From Candidatus Altimarinota bacterium (GTDB lineage Bacteria > Patescibacteriota > Gracilibacteria > UBA1369), in contig JBAZYK010000004.1 of assembly GCA_041659405.1 (NCBI GenBank), positions 96,852 through 128,851 of the forward strand: a stretch of 32,000 bases of DNA. The letters run 5' to 3'. Below are positions 1-10,800 of this stretch, in pieces (position 1 is the stretch's first letter; each line of letters opens with the position of its first letter). The notes under the pieces were generated by a model that was not told where the DNA came from, made no database searches, and saw only the letters and a program-made list of their open reading frames with translations. The position numbers were made by a program, and so were the translations under genes.

Positions 1-887
1 GCTTGAGGTTGAGGTGCGTTTCCGGTATTAGTCCCGGCTGCAGCAACGGCGCTTCCAACAGTAGCTCGGGCCGCATTTTCGGCGGCACCAACAGTATTCT
101 CGGCACTATCAGCGGCAATCGAGACGGTTTGTTTTTGCTCATCCGGTGTTTCACGAAGCGCAGGATTAGGCTTTGGAGTTGGATATGCTGTGCGCATTTC
201 CGGATGCACAGTTCTGAATTCCGGACGATTTTGTTTAGTATCTTGATGAATGCGGGTTTCCTGCTGAATACGTGCCTCTGTCTGAGTTGAAGAAATTTCA
301 GGCTTAATAGAAGCCATTTCCGGTCGGACCGAATTTGTTTCCGGTCGAACACTGCGCAGACTTTCTCGTGATTTTTGTTGCACAGCAGCCATTATTGGAT
401 CTCTTGTTTCTTCTTCAAAAGCTTTAATTGCGTGAGTCTTTTCACGGGTATTCAGATAGCCTCCGATTGTCAGACTTGATGCGGCCAAAAAGGCGATAAA
501 CATGCCATATCCCGGGTTTTTATCGGTAAGATTTACACCAAAATTTTTGTCAAAATAAATCGAATTGGTTACAAACAAAAGATAAAAAGAAAAAATCCCA
601 AAACTCAAATAAAGCTTTGGAGATTTTAAAGATTCAAAAGGAATTTTAACTCTCAAATGATTGGCAATAATTAAAGCCAGGGTCATTCCGGCCATAGCCA
701 AAAAAGTGAGCCCAATCAAATACAGCGGGCCATTGATCCCAATAAAAGTTTGTCCATAATGGAATGTATCCAAATCGCTATACCAAGGCAAAAACAGACT
801 CAAAATCATCAACAGGGAGCCGGCCCCAATCAGTTTTTTTTCAAAAGAAAGTTCTGAAACTATCTGATTAATGCGTTTATTTGGCAT
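1..887 (-). CDS. Hypothetical multi-pass membrane protein; C-terminal part runs off the window edge
   Basis: The ATG at 887-885 (minus) opens a frame that stays open to position 1. It is missing from the ORF track only because no stop codon lies in the window; the listed 3..290 + ORF is its same-phase shadow. The translation MPNKRINQIVSELSFEKKLIGAGSLLMILSLFLPWY... shows about four hydrophobic helices. A low-complexity tail with RPE-type repeats follows (SVRPETNSVRPEMASIKPE...RPEFRTVHPEM). Confidence 0.6.
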   Translation of the reverse strand, partial: MPNKRINQIVSELSFEKKLIGAGSLLMILSLFLPWYSDLDTFHYGQTFIGINGPLYLIGLTFLAMAGMTLALIIANHLRVKIPFESLKSPKLYLSFGIFSFYLLFVTNSIYFDKNFGVNLTDKNPGYGMFIAFLAASSLTIGGYLNTREKTHAIKAFEEETRDPIMAAVQQKSRESLRSVRPETNSVRPEMASIKPEISSTQTEARIQQETRIHQDTKQNRPEFRTVHPEMRTAYPTPKPNPALRETPDEQKQTVSIAADSAENTVGAAENAARATVGSAVAAAGTNTGNAPQPQ

Positions 888-1034
888 AAAAATTTTTATT
901 TATAGATTTGACGTGTGTGTTTGAACTATAAAAAGAAAAGTGCTATTTGTAAAGCAAAACCCCAATATTTTTGAGTACCCAAGTCGCACAAAAGCGAGTA
1001 GAATAGTGCAGAATTTTAGACTTTATTTTCTGCA

Positions 1035-2237
1035 ATGAAAGAAGCTTCCATCACGCACAAAGTGCCTATTTCTACCGCGAGCGGAGCGAGTTCCATCATC
1101 GCACAGGCGACTCAGGCACACGCCCCACTTCGCATTGCCATAGACATCCGCGAGGCCGGCCACGAAAAAACCGGTAAAGGCTGGTATACATATAATTTGG
1201 TTCAGGCACTGCTGGAAATTGATTCGCATAATGAATACATCCTTTATACCGATCAGGAAAAAAATTCTTACAAGGAATTTAAAAATGCTCACATTAAAAC
1301 CGTAAAAGGGAAGTCGGTAATTTGGCATTTGAATGTTTTGAAAGACCTTAAAAAGAGTCCGCCGGTCGACATTTTCTTTGCGCCGACCAGTTATATTATT
1401 CCCTGTTTTGCTCCAAAAAATTTGCGAGTGATTATTACCGTTCACGATTTGGTCGCATTTTTATTTCCAGGATCACATAATTCCAAAGCTGTTTTAATTG
1501 AACGCGTAACGTTGAGAAAAGCGCTCAAGAAAGCCGCAAACGTCCTTGTGGTTTCCGCGAATACCGAGAAGGATTTGCTGGATCGTTTCCATTATCCCAA
1601 AGAAAAAATCCACGAAGTTCCCTGCGCAACAACCGAATTTTATAAAGAAGAAATCGGCGAGCGCGAGTTAACCGCATTCAAGAAAAAGCACCATCTTCCC
1701 GATAAATTTATTTTAGCGGTTGGAACTCTTGAACCCCGCAAAAACTTTTCCACACTGATTAAAAGTTTTGTGATTGTTAAGCGAAAATATCCCGATTGCA
1801 AACTTGTAATTGTTGGCAAAAAAGGCTGGAAATATAAACTGATTGAAGAGGCTTTAAAAAAATATCAGTTGGAAAGTGATGTGATTTTTCCGGGATATTT
1901 GGTGGATGAAGATCTCCGCAAAATGTATCACCTGGCGAGCGTTTTTGTATTTCCATCTTTGTATGAAGGATTCGGGATTCCGCCTCTGGAAGCCATGGCT
2001 TGCGGGTGCCCCGTGGTAAGTTCCAACGTTGCGTCTTTGCCGGAAGTTATTGGAGACTCGGGACTTTTGATCGATCCAAAAAACGCCCACAAATGGGCCG
2101 ACGCGGTTTGCAGTTTGCTCGACAACGAACAAACCAGAAATATGCTGATCGAAAGAGGTCATCGCCGCGCCGAAAAATTCAGCTGGGCCAACTCCGCAAA
2201 AATCGCCCTGGAAGTTTTTGAAAGTTATGCAAGATAG
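1035..2237 (+). CDS. Glycosyltransferase, GT-B fold, family 4 (group 1) type
   Basis: 400-aa ORF. The C-terminal region [43 protein letters not shown] is the classical GT4 EX7E/nucleotide-sugar binding signature. The N-terminal ~30 aa are atypical, so the true start is uncertain. Confidence 0.85.
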   Translation: MKEASITHKVPISTASGASSIIAQATQAHAPLRIAIDIREAGHEKTGKGWYTYNLVQALLEIDSHNEYILYTDQEKNSYKEFKNAHIKTVKGKSVIWHLNVLKDLKKSPPVDIFFAPTSYIIPCFAPKNLRVIITVHDLVAFLFPGSHNSKAVLIERVTLRKALKKAANVLVVSANTEKDLLDRFHYPKEKIHEVPCATTEFYKEEIGERELTAFKKKHHLPDKFILAVGTLEPRKNFSTLIKSFVIVKRKYPDCKLVIVGKKGWKYKLIEEALKKYQLESDVIFPGYLVDEDLRKMYHLASVFVFPSLYEGFGIPPLEAMACGCPVVSSNVASLPEVIGDSGLLIDPKNAHKWADAVCSLLDNEQTRNMLIERGHRRAEKFSWANSAKIALEVFESYAR

Positions 2238-2306
2238 AGATAAGCCTATCTTTGCGCAACCAACCGTGCAGGCATATAATTTGAGCGCTTCATTAAGCAA
2301 GTTTTT

Positions 2307-3215
2307 ATGGCTAATCAAACATCTTCACAGGCCCACTCCCTCCAGAAAATCGGCATTATCACCAAAAGTAATATTGGTGAGCGCAAAAGCGATCTAAAAA
2401 AAATTGTCGCGATGCTGAAGAAATTTAAAAAAGAGGTTTTGCTGGATGTAAATTCCGCGCCGGTTTTAGGTGTAAAAAATGGCCACAGAAAGACCGAACT
2501 GCTTCAGGTTTGTGATCTTGTTTTGACCCTTGGCGGCGATGGAACTTTGCTCAGAGCTGCCCGATGTACAGCCAATAAACCGACCTTAATCCTTGGTGTG
2601 AATTTTGGAAATCTGGGATTTTTGACTGAATCAATACCTGAAAAACTTGAGCAGGATCTTAAAAAATTATTTGAAGGTCATTATTATATTGATGAACGTT
2701 TTCTTTTGCGCATCAATCATTATCGCAACGGTCAAAGAATTAATACCTTTTTAGCTCTAAATGATGCGGTAATTAACCAGGGAGCTTTTGCCAGACTGAT
2801 TGAAATGCAGGTCGAAATTAACAAACAGCGCATGGTTACTTTTAAGGCCGATGGCTTGATCGTGAGCTCTCCGACCGGTTCAACGGGTCATGCCCTTTCT
2901 GCCGGAGGACCAATTGTTCATCCTTCTTTGCCCGCTTTTATTCTTACCCCAATCTGCCCCGCAACGCTTTCCGTACGCCCAATCGTCATTCCAAATGATC
3001 GCGAAATAAAAATAACTTTGACTACCCAAAGAAAAGAAAACCAAAATGTCGGTTTAACCTTGGACGGCCAAAAAACCATTCCGCTTCAATATGGAGACGA
3101 AATCAAAATCCGCCAATCCAAGCGCAAGTTTTTACTGATTCGCCTAAAAGGTGGCAGCAGCTATTACCGCATGCTCCGCAGCAAACTCCACTGGGGCGAG
3201 CATCATGGGGATTAA
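2307..3215 (+). CDS. nadK: NAD(+) kinase
   Basis: The GGDGTLL motif (LTLGGDGTLLRA), NFGNLGFL, and DGLIVSSPTGSTGHALSAGGPIVHP are the hallmark NAD kinase motifs. The length of 302 aa is typical. Confidence 0.9.
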   Translation: MANQTSSQAHSLQKIGIITKSNIGERKSDLKKIVAMLKKFKKEVLLDVNSAPVLGVKNGHRKTELLQVCDLVLTLGGDGTLLRAARCTANKPTLILGVNFGNLGFLTESIPEKLEQDLKKLFEGHYYIDERFLLRINHYRNGQRINTFLALNDAVINQGAFARLIEMQVEINKQRMVTFKADGLIVSSPTGSTGHALSAGGPIVHPSLPAFILTPICPATLSVRPIVIPNDREIKITLTTQRKENQNVGLTLDGQKTIPLQYGDEIKIRQSKRKFLLIRLKGGSSYYRMLRSKLHWGEHHGD

Positions 3216-3258
3216 AACAGCCAAATTCCGCTTATATAGCTCTCACACAGCCTGGCCA

Positions 3259-3287
3259 TTGAAGAAATTGCCGTTTTTTGGTATAAT
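3259..3287 (+). promoter_or_regulatory. Sigma-70-type promoter upstream of the 3330 ORF
   Basis: TTGAAG (3259-3264), a 17-nt spacer, then a perfect TATAAT (3282-3287), about 45 nt upstream of the ATG at 3330. Confidence 0.5.
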
Positions 3288-3329
3288 AAAGAGAAATAAA
3301 AAATCAGCACTCTTTAAACCCAAAAAAAT

Positions 3330-4169
3330 ATGCAAAAAAACAAAAAAAATCTTCTAATCGCTGGCGTCATAGTGCTAGTCGTTTTAGCAATAACCGGCCT
3401 GGTTTTAACTCAAGGCCAGAACTCTAATCTTCAGGGACTTTTGCCTTCACCATTTAGAAGCGGAACACCTTCTCAGGATCAAAATCGAGGGGGCCAAGTA
3501 CCAGCGAGCCCTGCTGAAAAACAAGCTGCTCAAAAAGCCGCTGACGCTGAAGCTGCTAAAAAGGCTGCTCTTGATGCAGCTGCTAAACAAGCCGCTGCCG
3601 ACAAATTAGCCGCTGAGCAAGCCGCTGCAAAAAATGACAAACAGCCAATGGGCAGCCCCAGTCAGGTCCAAAACCTGGTAGTTAAGATGTCAGCTCAACC
3701 GTTCGGTGGACAAAAAAATCCTAAAACAGATGGTCTCGATTCAGTCGCAGGTTTTGATATTTTGAGCAATAACCAGGCTCTGGTCGTTATAAAATCCATG
3801 ACCTTTAATATTAAAGGTGATAACAGCCCAAATGTTACTAATTATGAACTTTGGGCAAACGAAACCCAATTAACAACTGACAAGCCAGATGTTAATATTA
3901 GCAATAAAACAGTTACATTTAATAACATCAGGTTCGTTGATTTTGACCAATTTAAACAGGTATTGATCGCACAAACCAAATCAATAAATGTGGTTGTTAA
4001 AGCAACAACGGCCAATGTTCTCTCAGGAAAAAATCAAGGTGTGTCAGTTTTATATTGGCTTGAAGTAAAGTCGATTGCACTTGATTACGTCTTCAACGGT
4101 CTAAAGACCCCATATACTGCGGAATTTACCCCGGCAGTTGCGGGACAGGTATCAATCTACACAAAATAA
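3330..4169 (+). CDS. Hypothetical membrane-anchored/secreted protein with an Ala/Lys/Gln-rich low-complexity linker
   Basis: N-terminal hydrophobic anchor (LLIAGVIVLVVLAITGLVL). This is followed by a TolA-like AEKQAAQKAADAEAAKKAALDAAAKQAAADKLAAEQAAAK tract and a beta-rich C-terminal domain. No recognisable catalytic motif. Confidence 0.6.
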   Translation: MQKNKKNLLIAGVIVLVVLAITGLVLTQGQNSNLQGLLPSPFRSGTPSQDQNRGGQVPASPAEKQAAQKAADAEAAKKAALDAAAKQAAADKLAAEQAAAKNDKQPMGSPSQVQNLVVKMSAQPFGGQKNPKTDGLDSVAGFDILSNNQALVVIKSMTFNIKGDNSPNVTNYELWANETQLTTDKPDVNISNKTVTFNNIRFVDFDQFKQVLIAQTKSINVVVKATTANVLSGKNQGVSVLYWLEVKSIALDYVFNGLKTPYTAEFTPAVAGQVSIYTK

Positions 4170-4185
4170 AAGATTTCAAAATAAT

Positions 4186-4225
4186 AAAAAAGGGGAGGCA
4201 CACATTGTGAACCTCCCCTTTTTTT
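4186..4225. terminator. Bidirectional rho-independent terminator between convergent genes
   Basis: A5 run, then an 8-bp GC-rich stem AGGGGAGG (4191-4198) / CCTCCCCT (4212-4219) with a 13-nt loop, then a T-run (4219-4225). It lies between the stop of the 3330..4169 + gene and the stop of ppdK (4263, minus). Confidence 0.75.
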
Positions 4226-4262
4226 ATTTAAAACAATTTCTCACGCACGAAGTGAATTCCGT

Positions 4263-7010
4263 TTAATTCCTATTCAAGATCGCCGCCTGCGCCGCTGCAA
4301 CTCTGGCAATCGGAATTCTATAAGGTGACAAACTCACAAAGTCCAAACCGATTTTGTGGCAGAATTTGATTGAATCCGGCTCTCCACCCTGTTCACCACA
4401 AATGCCGATTTCAAGCGGTTTCTGGCCTTCTTTACGCGGTACACCCCGTCCCAATTCCACGCACATCTGCATCAAACGGCCAACCGCTTTTTGATCGATT
4501 GATTCCGTTGGATCACGGTCCAAAATTCCATGCTCAAGATAATAATTTAAGAATTTTCCGGCATCATCACGGCTATATCCCCAGGTCATTTGTGTCAGAT
4601 CATTTGTTCCAAAAGAGAAAAAGTCCGCATAAGGAGCCAGTTCATCGGCAGTCAAACAGGCACGTGGCAATTCAATCATTGTTCCGATTTTATATTCAAA
4701 TTTAATTTGCCCGGCATACCTTGCAATCACACCTTCAGCTGTTTTTCGGCTTACAATAAGCTCTTTTAAGTCCGCGATAAATGGCAATTCAATTTCCGGC
4801 ACAGGAACAATTCCACGGTTGCTTACCTCAATCGCCGCCTCAATAATGGCCTGCACCTGCATTTCATAAATTTCCGGATAGGTGATTCCAAGGCGCGCCC
4901 CACGGTGTCCAAGCATTGGATTTACCTCATGCAGATTCTCCACAATTTTTTCAATATCGGCGAGTTGCATGCCCATTTCTGTGGCCAATTCCTGCATTTG
5001 TTCCGTGGTCTTAGGCACAAATTCATGCAGTGGGGGATCAAGCAAACGAATCGTTACCGGCAGCCCACTCATCACTTCAAAAATCCCGATAAAATCAGCT
5101 TTTTGCATTGGCAACAATTTCGCCAAAGCCTTTTTGCGGCCTTCCACCGTGTTTGCCACAATCATTTCACGCACTACATCAATGCGATCACCTTCAAAAA
5201 ACATGTGCTCGGTGCGGCAAAGTCCAATTCCTTCAGCACCAAAATCCTTGCCAACCTGCGCATCTTTTGGAGTATCGGCATTTGTACGAATCCGCAATTT
5301 TCTAACCGCATCGGACCATGCCAAAATCGTTTTAAAATCTTCGGTGATTTCCGGCTCAACCATAGGAACCGCGCCAAGCATTACTTCGCCGGTACTTCCA
5401 TTTAAAGTAATCACATCACCTTCATGAATAACCAAATCGCCAATTTTTACAGTTTTGGTTTTTGCATCCACCATAATATCCGCGCAACCGGCCACACAGC
5501 ACTTGCCCATACCGCGGCAAACCACAGCGGCATGCGAAGTCATTCCTCCGGTAGAGGTCAAAATTCCTTTGGATACATGCATTCCATGAATATCTTCCGG
5601 TGAAGTTTCACGTCTTACCAAAATAACTCTTTCATCGCGTTCAAAAGTCCAATTAACAGCGTCATCGGCACTAAAAACAACCTTACCAACCGCCGCACCT
5701 GGTGAAGCCGGCAAGCCCTTGGCAATCACGTTTTTAGAAGCTTTAGGATCCAGATCCGGATGCAAAAGTTGTTTCAAACTGCTCGCGTCAATTCGTAATA
5801 AAGCTTCATCTTTTGTAATCAATTTTTCACCGACCATATCCACCGCAATTTTAATCGCCGCCTTTGCCGTGCGCTTACCGTTGCGGGTTTGCAGCATGTA
5901 GAGTTTGCCTTCCTGAATTGTAAATTCAATATCCTGCATGTCACGATAATGATTTTCCAGATTCTCACGGACCTGATTTAGCTGCGCAAAAATCTCCGGC
6001 ATCACTTCCTGCAATTGCGTTAATTTTTGAGGAGTACGAATTCCGGCTACCACATCTTCACCCTGTGCATTCATCAAAAACTCGCCATAAAACTCTTTTT
6101 CACCGGTTGAAGGATTGCGAGTAAAAGCCACGCCCGTACCGGAAGTATTTCCCATATTTCCAAAAACCATCGCCTGAATATTTACCGCTGTTCCATTCAA
6201 ACCGGTAATATTATTTAGTTTTCTGTAGGTATTCGCACGATCATTATTCCAGGACTTAAAAACGGCTTCTATGGCCAGTTTAAGCTGTTCTTTTGGATCA
6301 ACCGGGAAATCAATTCCAGCCTTTTCTTTTACAATTCGTTTGAATTCTCCGACTAAAAATTTCAAATCGGCCGCATCAAGATCGGTATCCAGCTTCACAT
6401 TTTTTTTAGTCTTCAATTTATCAATTTCATCTTCAAACATTTCATGTGAAATGCCCAAAACAACATTTCCAAACATGTTCACAAAGCGTCTATAAGCGTC
6501 ATAACAAAAACGTTCATTGCCCGTTTTTTTCACGAGTCCTGCAGCGGTTTCATCATTAAGGCCCAAATTTAAAATTGTATCCATCATCCCCGGCATCGAC
6601 ATTTTGGCTCCGGAACGCACCGAAACCAATAATGGATTTTGCGCGTCACCAAACTTCATTCCACTTTTTTCTTCCAGCTCTTTTAAATTTGTCTCAAGTT
6701 CAGTCTGAAATCCTTCCGGATAGTCGCCCCACTCTGCCGATGAATCAGCTCCACCACGTTCTGCCCTCTGATCCAAATAATACTTGCAGACATCGGTTGT
6801 AATCGTGAAACCTGGAGGCACAGGAAGCCCCAGATTGGTCATTTCGGCCAAATTGGCACCTTTACCGCCAAGTAGATCCTTCATGTCCTTATTTCCCTCT
6901 TTAAAAGCGTAAATAGACTTAATCATACGTGTATGTGGTTGTATGTGTGAAGTGCTGGAAGTGGCTGATGCTTTAGTCGCTTCACCTTTAGTAATAATAG
7001 CCTGGGACAT
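4263..7010 (-). CDS. ppdK: Pyruvate, phosphate dikinase
   Basis: LLGGKGANLAEM ATP-grasp start, phospho-His region GGMTSHAAVVCRGMGKCCV, and a PEP-utiliser C-terminal TIM barrel (LCRTEHMFF, FFSFGTNDLTQ, ICGEQGGEP). A canonical N-terminus would begin at MIKSIYAFKEG (ATG at 6926-6924), so the first 28 codons of the ORF may not be translated. Confidence 0.95.
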   Translation of the reverse strand: MSQAIITKGEATKASATSSTSHIQPHTRMIKSIYAFKEGNKDMKDLLGGKGANLAEMTNLGLPVPPGFTITTDVCKYYLDQRAERGGADSSAEWGDYPEGFQTELETNLKELEEKSGMKFGDAQNPLLVSVRSGAKMSMPGMMDTILNLGLNDETAAGLVKKTGNERFCYDAYRRFVNMFGNVVLGISHEMFEDEIDKLKTKKNVKLDTDLDAADLKFLVGEFKRIVKEKAGIDFPVDPKEQLKLAIEAVFKSWNNDRANTYRKLNNITGLNGTAVNIQAMVFGNMGNTSGTGVAFTRNPSTGEKEFYGEFLMNAQGEDVVAGIRTPQKLTQLQEVMPEIFAQLNQVRENLENHYRDMQDIEFTIQEGKLYMLQTRNGKRTAKAAIKIAVDMVGEKLITKDEALLRIDASSLKQLLHPDLDPKASKNVIAKGLPASPGAAVGKVVFSADDAVNWTFERDERVILVRRETSPEDIHGMHVSKGILTSTGGMTSHAAVVCRGMGKCCVAGCADIMVDAKTKTVKIGDLVIHEGDVITLNGSTGEVMLGAVPMVEPEITEDFKTILAWSDAVRKLRIRTNADTPKDAQVGKDFGAEGIGLCRTEHMFFEGDRIDVVREMIVANTVEGRKKALAKLLPMQKADFIGIFEVMSGLPVTIRLLDPPLHEFVPKTTEQMQELATEMGMQLADIEKIVENLHEVNPMLGHRGARLGITYPEIYEMQVQAIIEAAIEVSNRGIVPVPEIELPFIADLKELIVSRKTAEGVIARYAGQIKFEYKIGTMIELPRACLTADELAPYADFFSFGTNDLTQMTWGYSRDDAGKFLNYYLEHGILDRDPTESIDQKAVGRLMQMCVELGRGVPRKEGQKPLEIGICGEQGGEPDSIKFCHKIGLDFVSLSPYRIPIARVAAAQAAILNRN

Positions 7011-7043
7011 AGTAGCAGTTTTAAATTGTAGAGCAAGATTTGC

Positions 7044-7712
7044 TTAAAAATGAAAAAACTTCAAGAAAGATTCCATGATTGGGCCTGGGAAAACCGCCAA
7101 AGGAATCGCCAAAAAGTATGCGATCATTTGCCCGGTAAAAGCCGCAAATAGCGGTATGGTCAGGTTATCATCCAGTTTGCCGGTAAATAATTCCACAATA
7201 CTGGCCACAAAAGCCATACTCAAAAAAATCACCGGATAAAGCGGCAAAAACAGATATCCAATTACGCAATTCACCGCCAAGCCTCCCAAAAATCCTTCCA
7301 GCGTCTTGTTTTTATGGATTTTATGTCGTCCAAATTTGATTCCAATCAACGCAGAAGCTAAATCCCCAAAAATAGTTAAAAGCATCGCTGTCATTGCAAT
7401 CGGATAATCAAAAGCGGAAAAAGCAATGATTGTCGCGGCAATAAAGAAAATCGTACCGGTCACATTATTCATTTCCCGTTTTCTAAGCGCGATGAAATTT
7501 GGCAATTTTGGCATGTATTCAAGCCGTACATATTCAACTTCAAGCAGTATCAAAAACAGCAGGGTTAAGCCCAAAATACCCACCCTTTGCGAAAAATATT
7601 GTCTCAGCAATGTGTACGCCAAAAGCACCGGAAGCTCCATCAAATGAAAAAGTTTCCGAATTATTTCCTTATAAAGCGAATGTTTTTTCATAATTATTGC
7701 GCAGCTCATCAA
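7044..7712 (-). CDS. Polytopic membrane protein, polyprenol (dolichol/phytol) kinase / CTP-transferase-1-like family
   Basis: About 6 hydrophobic helices. The FGDLASALIGIKFGRHKIHKNKTLEGFLGGL segment resembles the GD..A...G..G....K(S/T)xEG signature of the COG0170 dolichol/phytol kinase family. The ORF starts with TTG at 7712; ATG alternatives exist at 7709 and 7691. Confidence 0.55.
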   Translation of the reverse strand: MMSCAIIMKKHSLYKEIIRKLFHLMELPVLLAYTLLRQYFSQRVGILGLTLLFLILLEVEYVRLEYMPKLPNFIALRKREMNNVTGTIFFIAATIIAFSAFDYPIAMTAMLLTIFGDLASALIGIKFGRHKIHKNKTLEGFLGGLAVNCVIGYLFLPLYPVIFLSMAFVASIVELFTGKLDDNLTIPLFAAFTGQMIAYFLAIPLAVFPGPIMESFLKFFHF

Positions 7713-7806
7713 ACTCCGGCTCGATTATACGCCCGCAGGAGTCAATTATAAATCAAAAATTATGAATTATAATTCTTCAAACAAAACAATTCGTAATTCG
7801 TAATTT

Positions 7807-10800
7807 CTAATTCGTAACCATAAACATTCTTCCTTCCGACCTACCAAACACTTCAGGGAAATAGGTCTCGGAAGCCATCGCCGGTAAATCATGATAAGTG
7901 CCCGGGGTGGTCGCTCTTACAAAATAATTAATTTCATAAACACCTTTTGGCAGGAAGTCCGCAAAATAAGTCATGCGATCATCCAAAACTTCGGAATGAT
8001 TAAATCTCCAGAGTTCGTTATAACAGTCCCAAGTTAGGCACATACTGCCTTTGCCATCATTTTGGTCCTGCAACTGTTGCTCTGAAGTCTTCAAGCTGAA
8101 ATCAACGCCTTCCAAACCGGCAGGCAAAAAGTCTTCAACCAAAACGTAATAGCTATCTTCAGGCACAATGATTGTCATTTTTCCTTTCAAATTTTCACCA
8201 ACTTTTATTGAAGTCAGCGGATTTTCTTCCTTTTTATCATCAGTCGCAAAATATTGTTGATGAACCTCAATTCCTTCATCGCGTGCCTTAATTTGCTCGG
8301 TTGGCAGGAAGTATTGCAGATTCATATCAAAATACATTTTTCCATTGCCGTTACGTACCGCCGTGATCTCGTTATCAAGATTATTTTGCAGCAAATCTTT
8401 AAGCGGAATTGTCACTTCTTCACGCGCTTCAATATTATTTTCAGTGAAGCCCTTATGGAGTTTTTCTGCTCCATTAACGGTCACAATGCCATCATAATCA
8501 ACGTTTAATTCACCGCTGGTTTTTAGGTATTCAATCAACGCCATCAAACTAACCGCCGTTTCCTGGGTAGAAGCAAAGTGCCCATTTTTCTTTTCCAAAA
8601 GCATGTAACGCAACATCTTTGGAACCAAAGGATTGGCCGGATCCAAGCGGTTTAACATCTGCAAAATCAAAGCTGTAGTACGATTATTTGTATCAAAAAA
8701 CTGATAATCCAAAGTGTTTTCTTCAAAATGCACGCCGCGTGGAGATTCCTTTGCTCTAGCCAAAATTTCGTTTTTGATAGTGTCGATTTTCTTTTGCACT
8801 TCCTGTAAAGCGGCACCACCAAGTTTTTCCTGGGTAATCAATTTCTGCAGATCCATCACCAGATAAGCCTGCGCGGAAAGATTTAAATTCTTGCGTAAAT
8901 CAAACAAATTATTACTTAAAGCCAAATCGCCTTTGCCCATTTCCGCCAGTACGTAAAGCGCAAAAGCACGTGAATCTAAATTATATTTATCGTATTTCGT
9001 GCTGCTAAGAGTGCTGTTTGTTAGTTGTGAAATTTTAACAGAATTACTGCCAATTTTACTCTTTAAGAAATTCACACCACGATTCATCACATTATCATCA
9101 ACGGTATAGCCGGCCTTTTTGCTTTCATTCAAGGCAAATAAAACATAGCTGGTTAAATGCGGAGTCGCTTCACTGGTTTCCCAAAGGCCCCAACCGCCAT
9201 TACCCTGTTGCAGTTTATATAAAGCCTGCAAGCCACTTTCCACATTTTTTTGTAGAGTTTTTTGATCCACCAATTTTGCCGCAATTTTTCCAAGTGCCGG
9301 CAAACTCAACATTTGTTTAATGGTCACATTTGGCAAGAGCGCGCTGGCAACCTGTTCAGCGCAGCCATAAGGATAAGTCATTAAATATTCAATGCCCTTG
9401 GTGATGGAAGAAGCTAAAGTAGGCGCAACCGCAATCGTTAATTTTCCAAATTTCGGATCGATATTATTTGGCAGCCAAACGGTCTCAACATGCTTATCAC
9501 CATTATCAATTACTGTCGAAGTAGCAACAGTTTCCGGGAAACTGTAAGGATGAATTGGCATTTTATTTTCCAGAATATCACCGATATTGGAATCATTAAC
9601 GGCAATAGCCTTAAATGTAATTACGGCTTCCGCTTCATCTAAAACGGTTGCTTTAAATTCAACTTTCTTTTCTTCGCCGGAACCCAAATGAATTCGCTGT
9701 TTATTAGAACCATTCAAAGTCACGCCACTCGCTTCAACCGAAACATCCAAATCAACCGCATTGGTAAGATAATTATGAACAATCGTTCCAACCGTAATCT
9801 CATCATTCACAATTAAAAATCTTGGCAAAATAGGTCGCACCAAAACATCTTTGCTGACAATAAAGTCCGTTTTTTGGCTTCCAACCAAGGTATTTGCAGT
9901 AGCGCCAATCGCCAGTATCTGCCAGGTGGTCAAATTATCCGGCAATTTAAATTTAATAGTTCCCACACCTTGTTCATTTGTATTCAAAGCAGCCTGCCAA
10001 TAAGCGGTATCTTTAAAGTTTCCACGTTTTTGTAATGTACCGCCTCCACCACCTTTTAACCCCGATTCAACCTGCACATTTATGCGTGATAAAGCCTTGG
10101 TTAAAGTTTCCGAAGTCATTACGCCCAAAGATCTCTTTCTGTAAAAATCATTTAAAAGATCAGCCGTAAAGTTTTCCACCAAAGACAAAACACTCTTATC
10201 CACAACACTTAAAGACATTTCCGCTTTCACGGGTTTTCCATTCACGTCAGTTGTTTTTACATTGATCGTAACTTCATCGCCGGGGTGATATTTTTGTTGA
10301 TTTGTCTGCACGCTAACCAACAATTTTCTACTTGAAGTATCAACTTGAAGCGTTGCATAACCCATTTTAAACGAGGCCACACTGCGCTCATCAATGGCAT
10401 CTTTGCCCGTAGGTTGCGCCAAACCGGCCTGATTATTATCGCCCTTAATCAGCACCACGGAAACAAATTCATTTGGGATCGATTTATCGGTAATCGGCAC
10501 ATCAATCACATCCGAATTGGATTTAATTTTGATAACTTTTTTATCCAAAATTTCGCCGCGTTCATAAGTAACCAAAGCATAAACATTTTGATACGGTGAC
10601 TTCACCATTACATGGGCGGTATCACCAATCTTGTATTCCTGCTTGTCCGCAACCAATTCAATACGGTCATTATTTGCCTGTCCCCAGTTAACAAAACTAC
10701 CTGAAGAAACATAAACAGTTGTTGACGAAGTTATTTTATTTCCACGACTATCTTTGCTTTCGGTTCCAACTTTAAACACACCGCCTTCTTTTGGAATAAA

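Noticed and set aside
4370-6802. Many 60-180-aa plus-strand ORFs inside ppdK, and similar antisense ORFs inside the A2M, PBP, dnaJ, AspRS and SLH genes
   Set aside because: These are shadow ORFs antisense to long, motif-supported genes, with low-complexity or odd composition. The same applies to 3..290, 1023..1445, 1854..2318, 8254..8508, 10345..10599, 11923..12129, 12382..12678, 14614..14910, 15515..16203, 17061..17312, 18931..19711, 20155..20412, 26273..27330 and 31593..31952.
6927-7010. 28-codon N-terminal extension of PPDK
   Set aside because: PPDK homologues normally start close to the xxxVYxFxEG segment, here MIKSIYAFKEG. The extension is Ser/Thr/Ala-rich and probably untranslated. It is kept inside the reported coordinates only because the start cannot be proven.
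7779-7806. Triple AATTCGTA tandem motif at the 3' end of the A2M gene
   Set aside because: It is very short (three copies) and partly overlaps the stop-codon region. There is no associated structure, so it is likely slippage noise.
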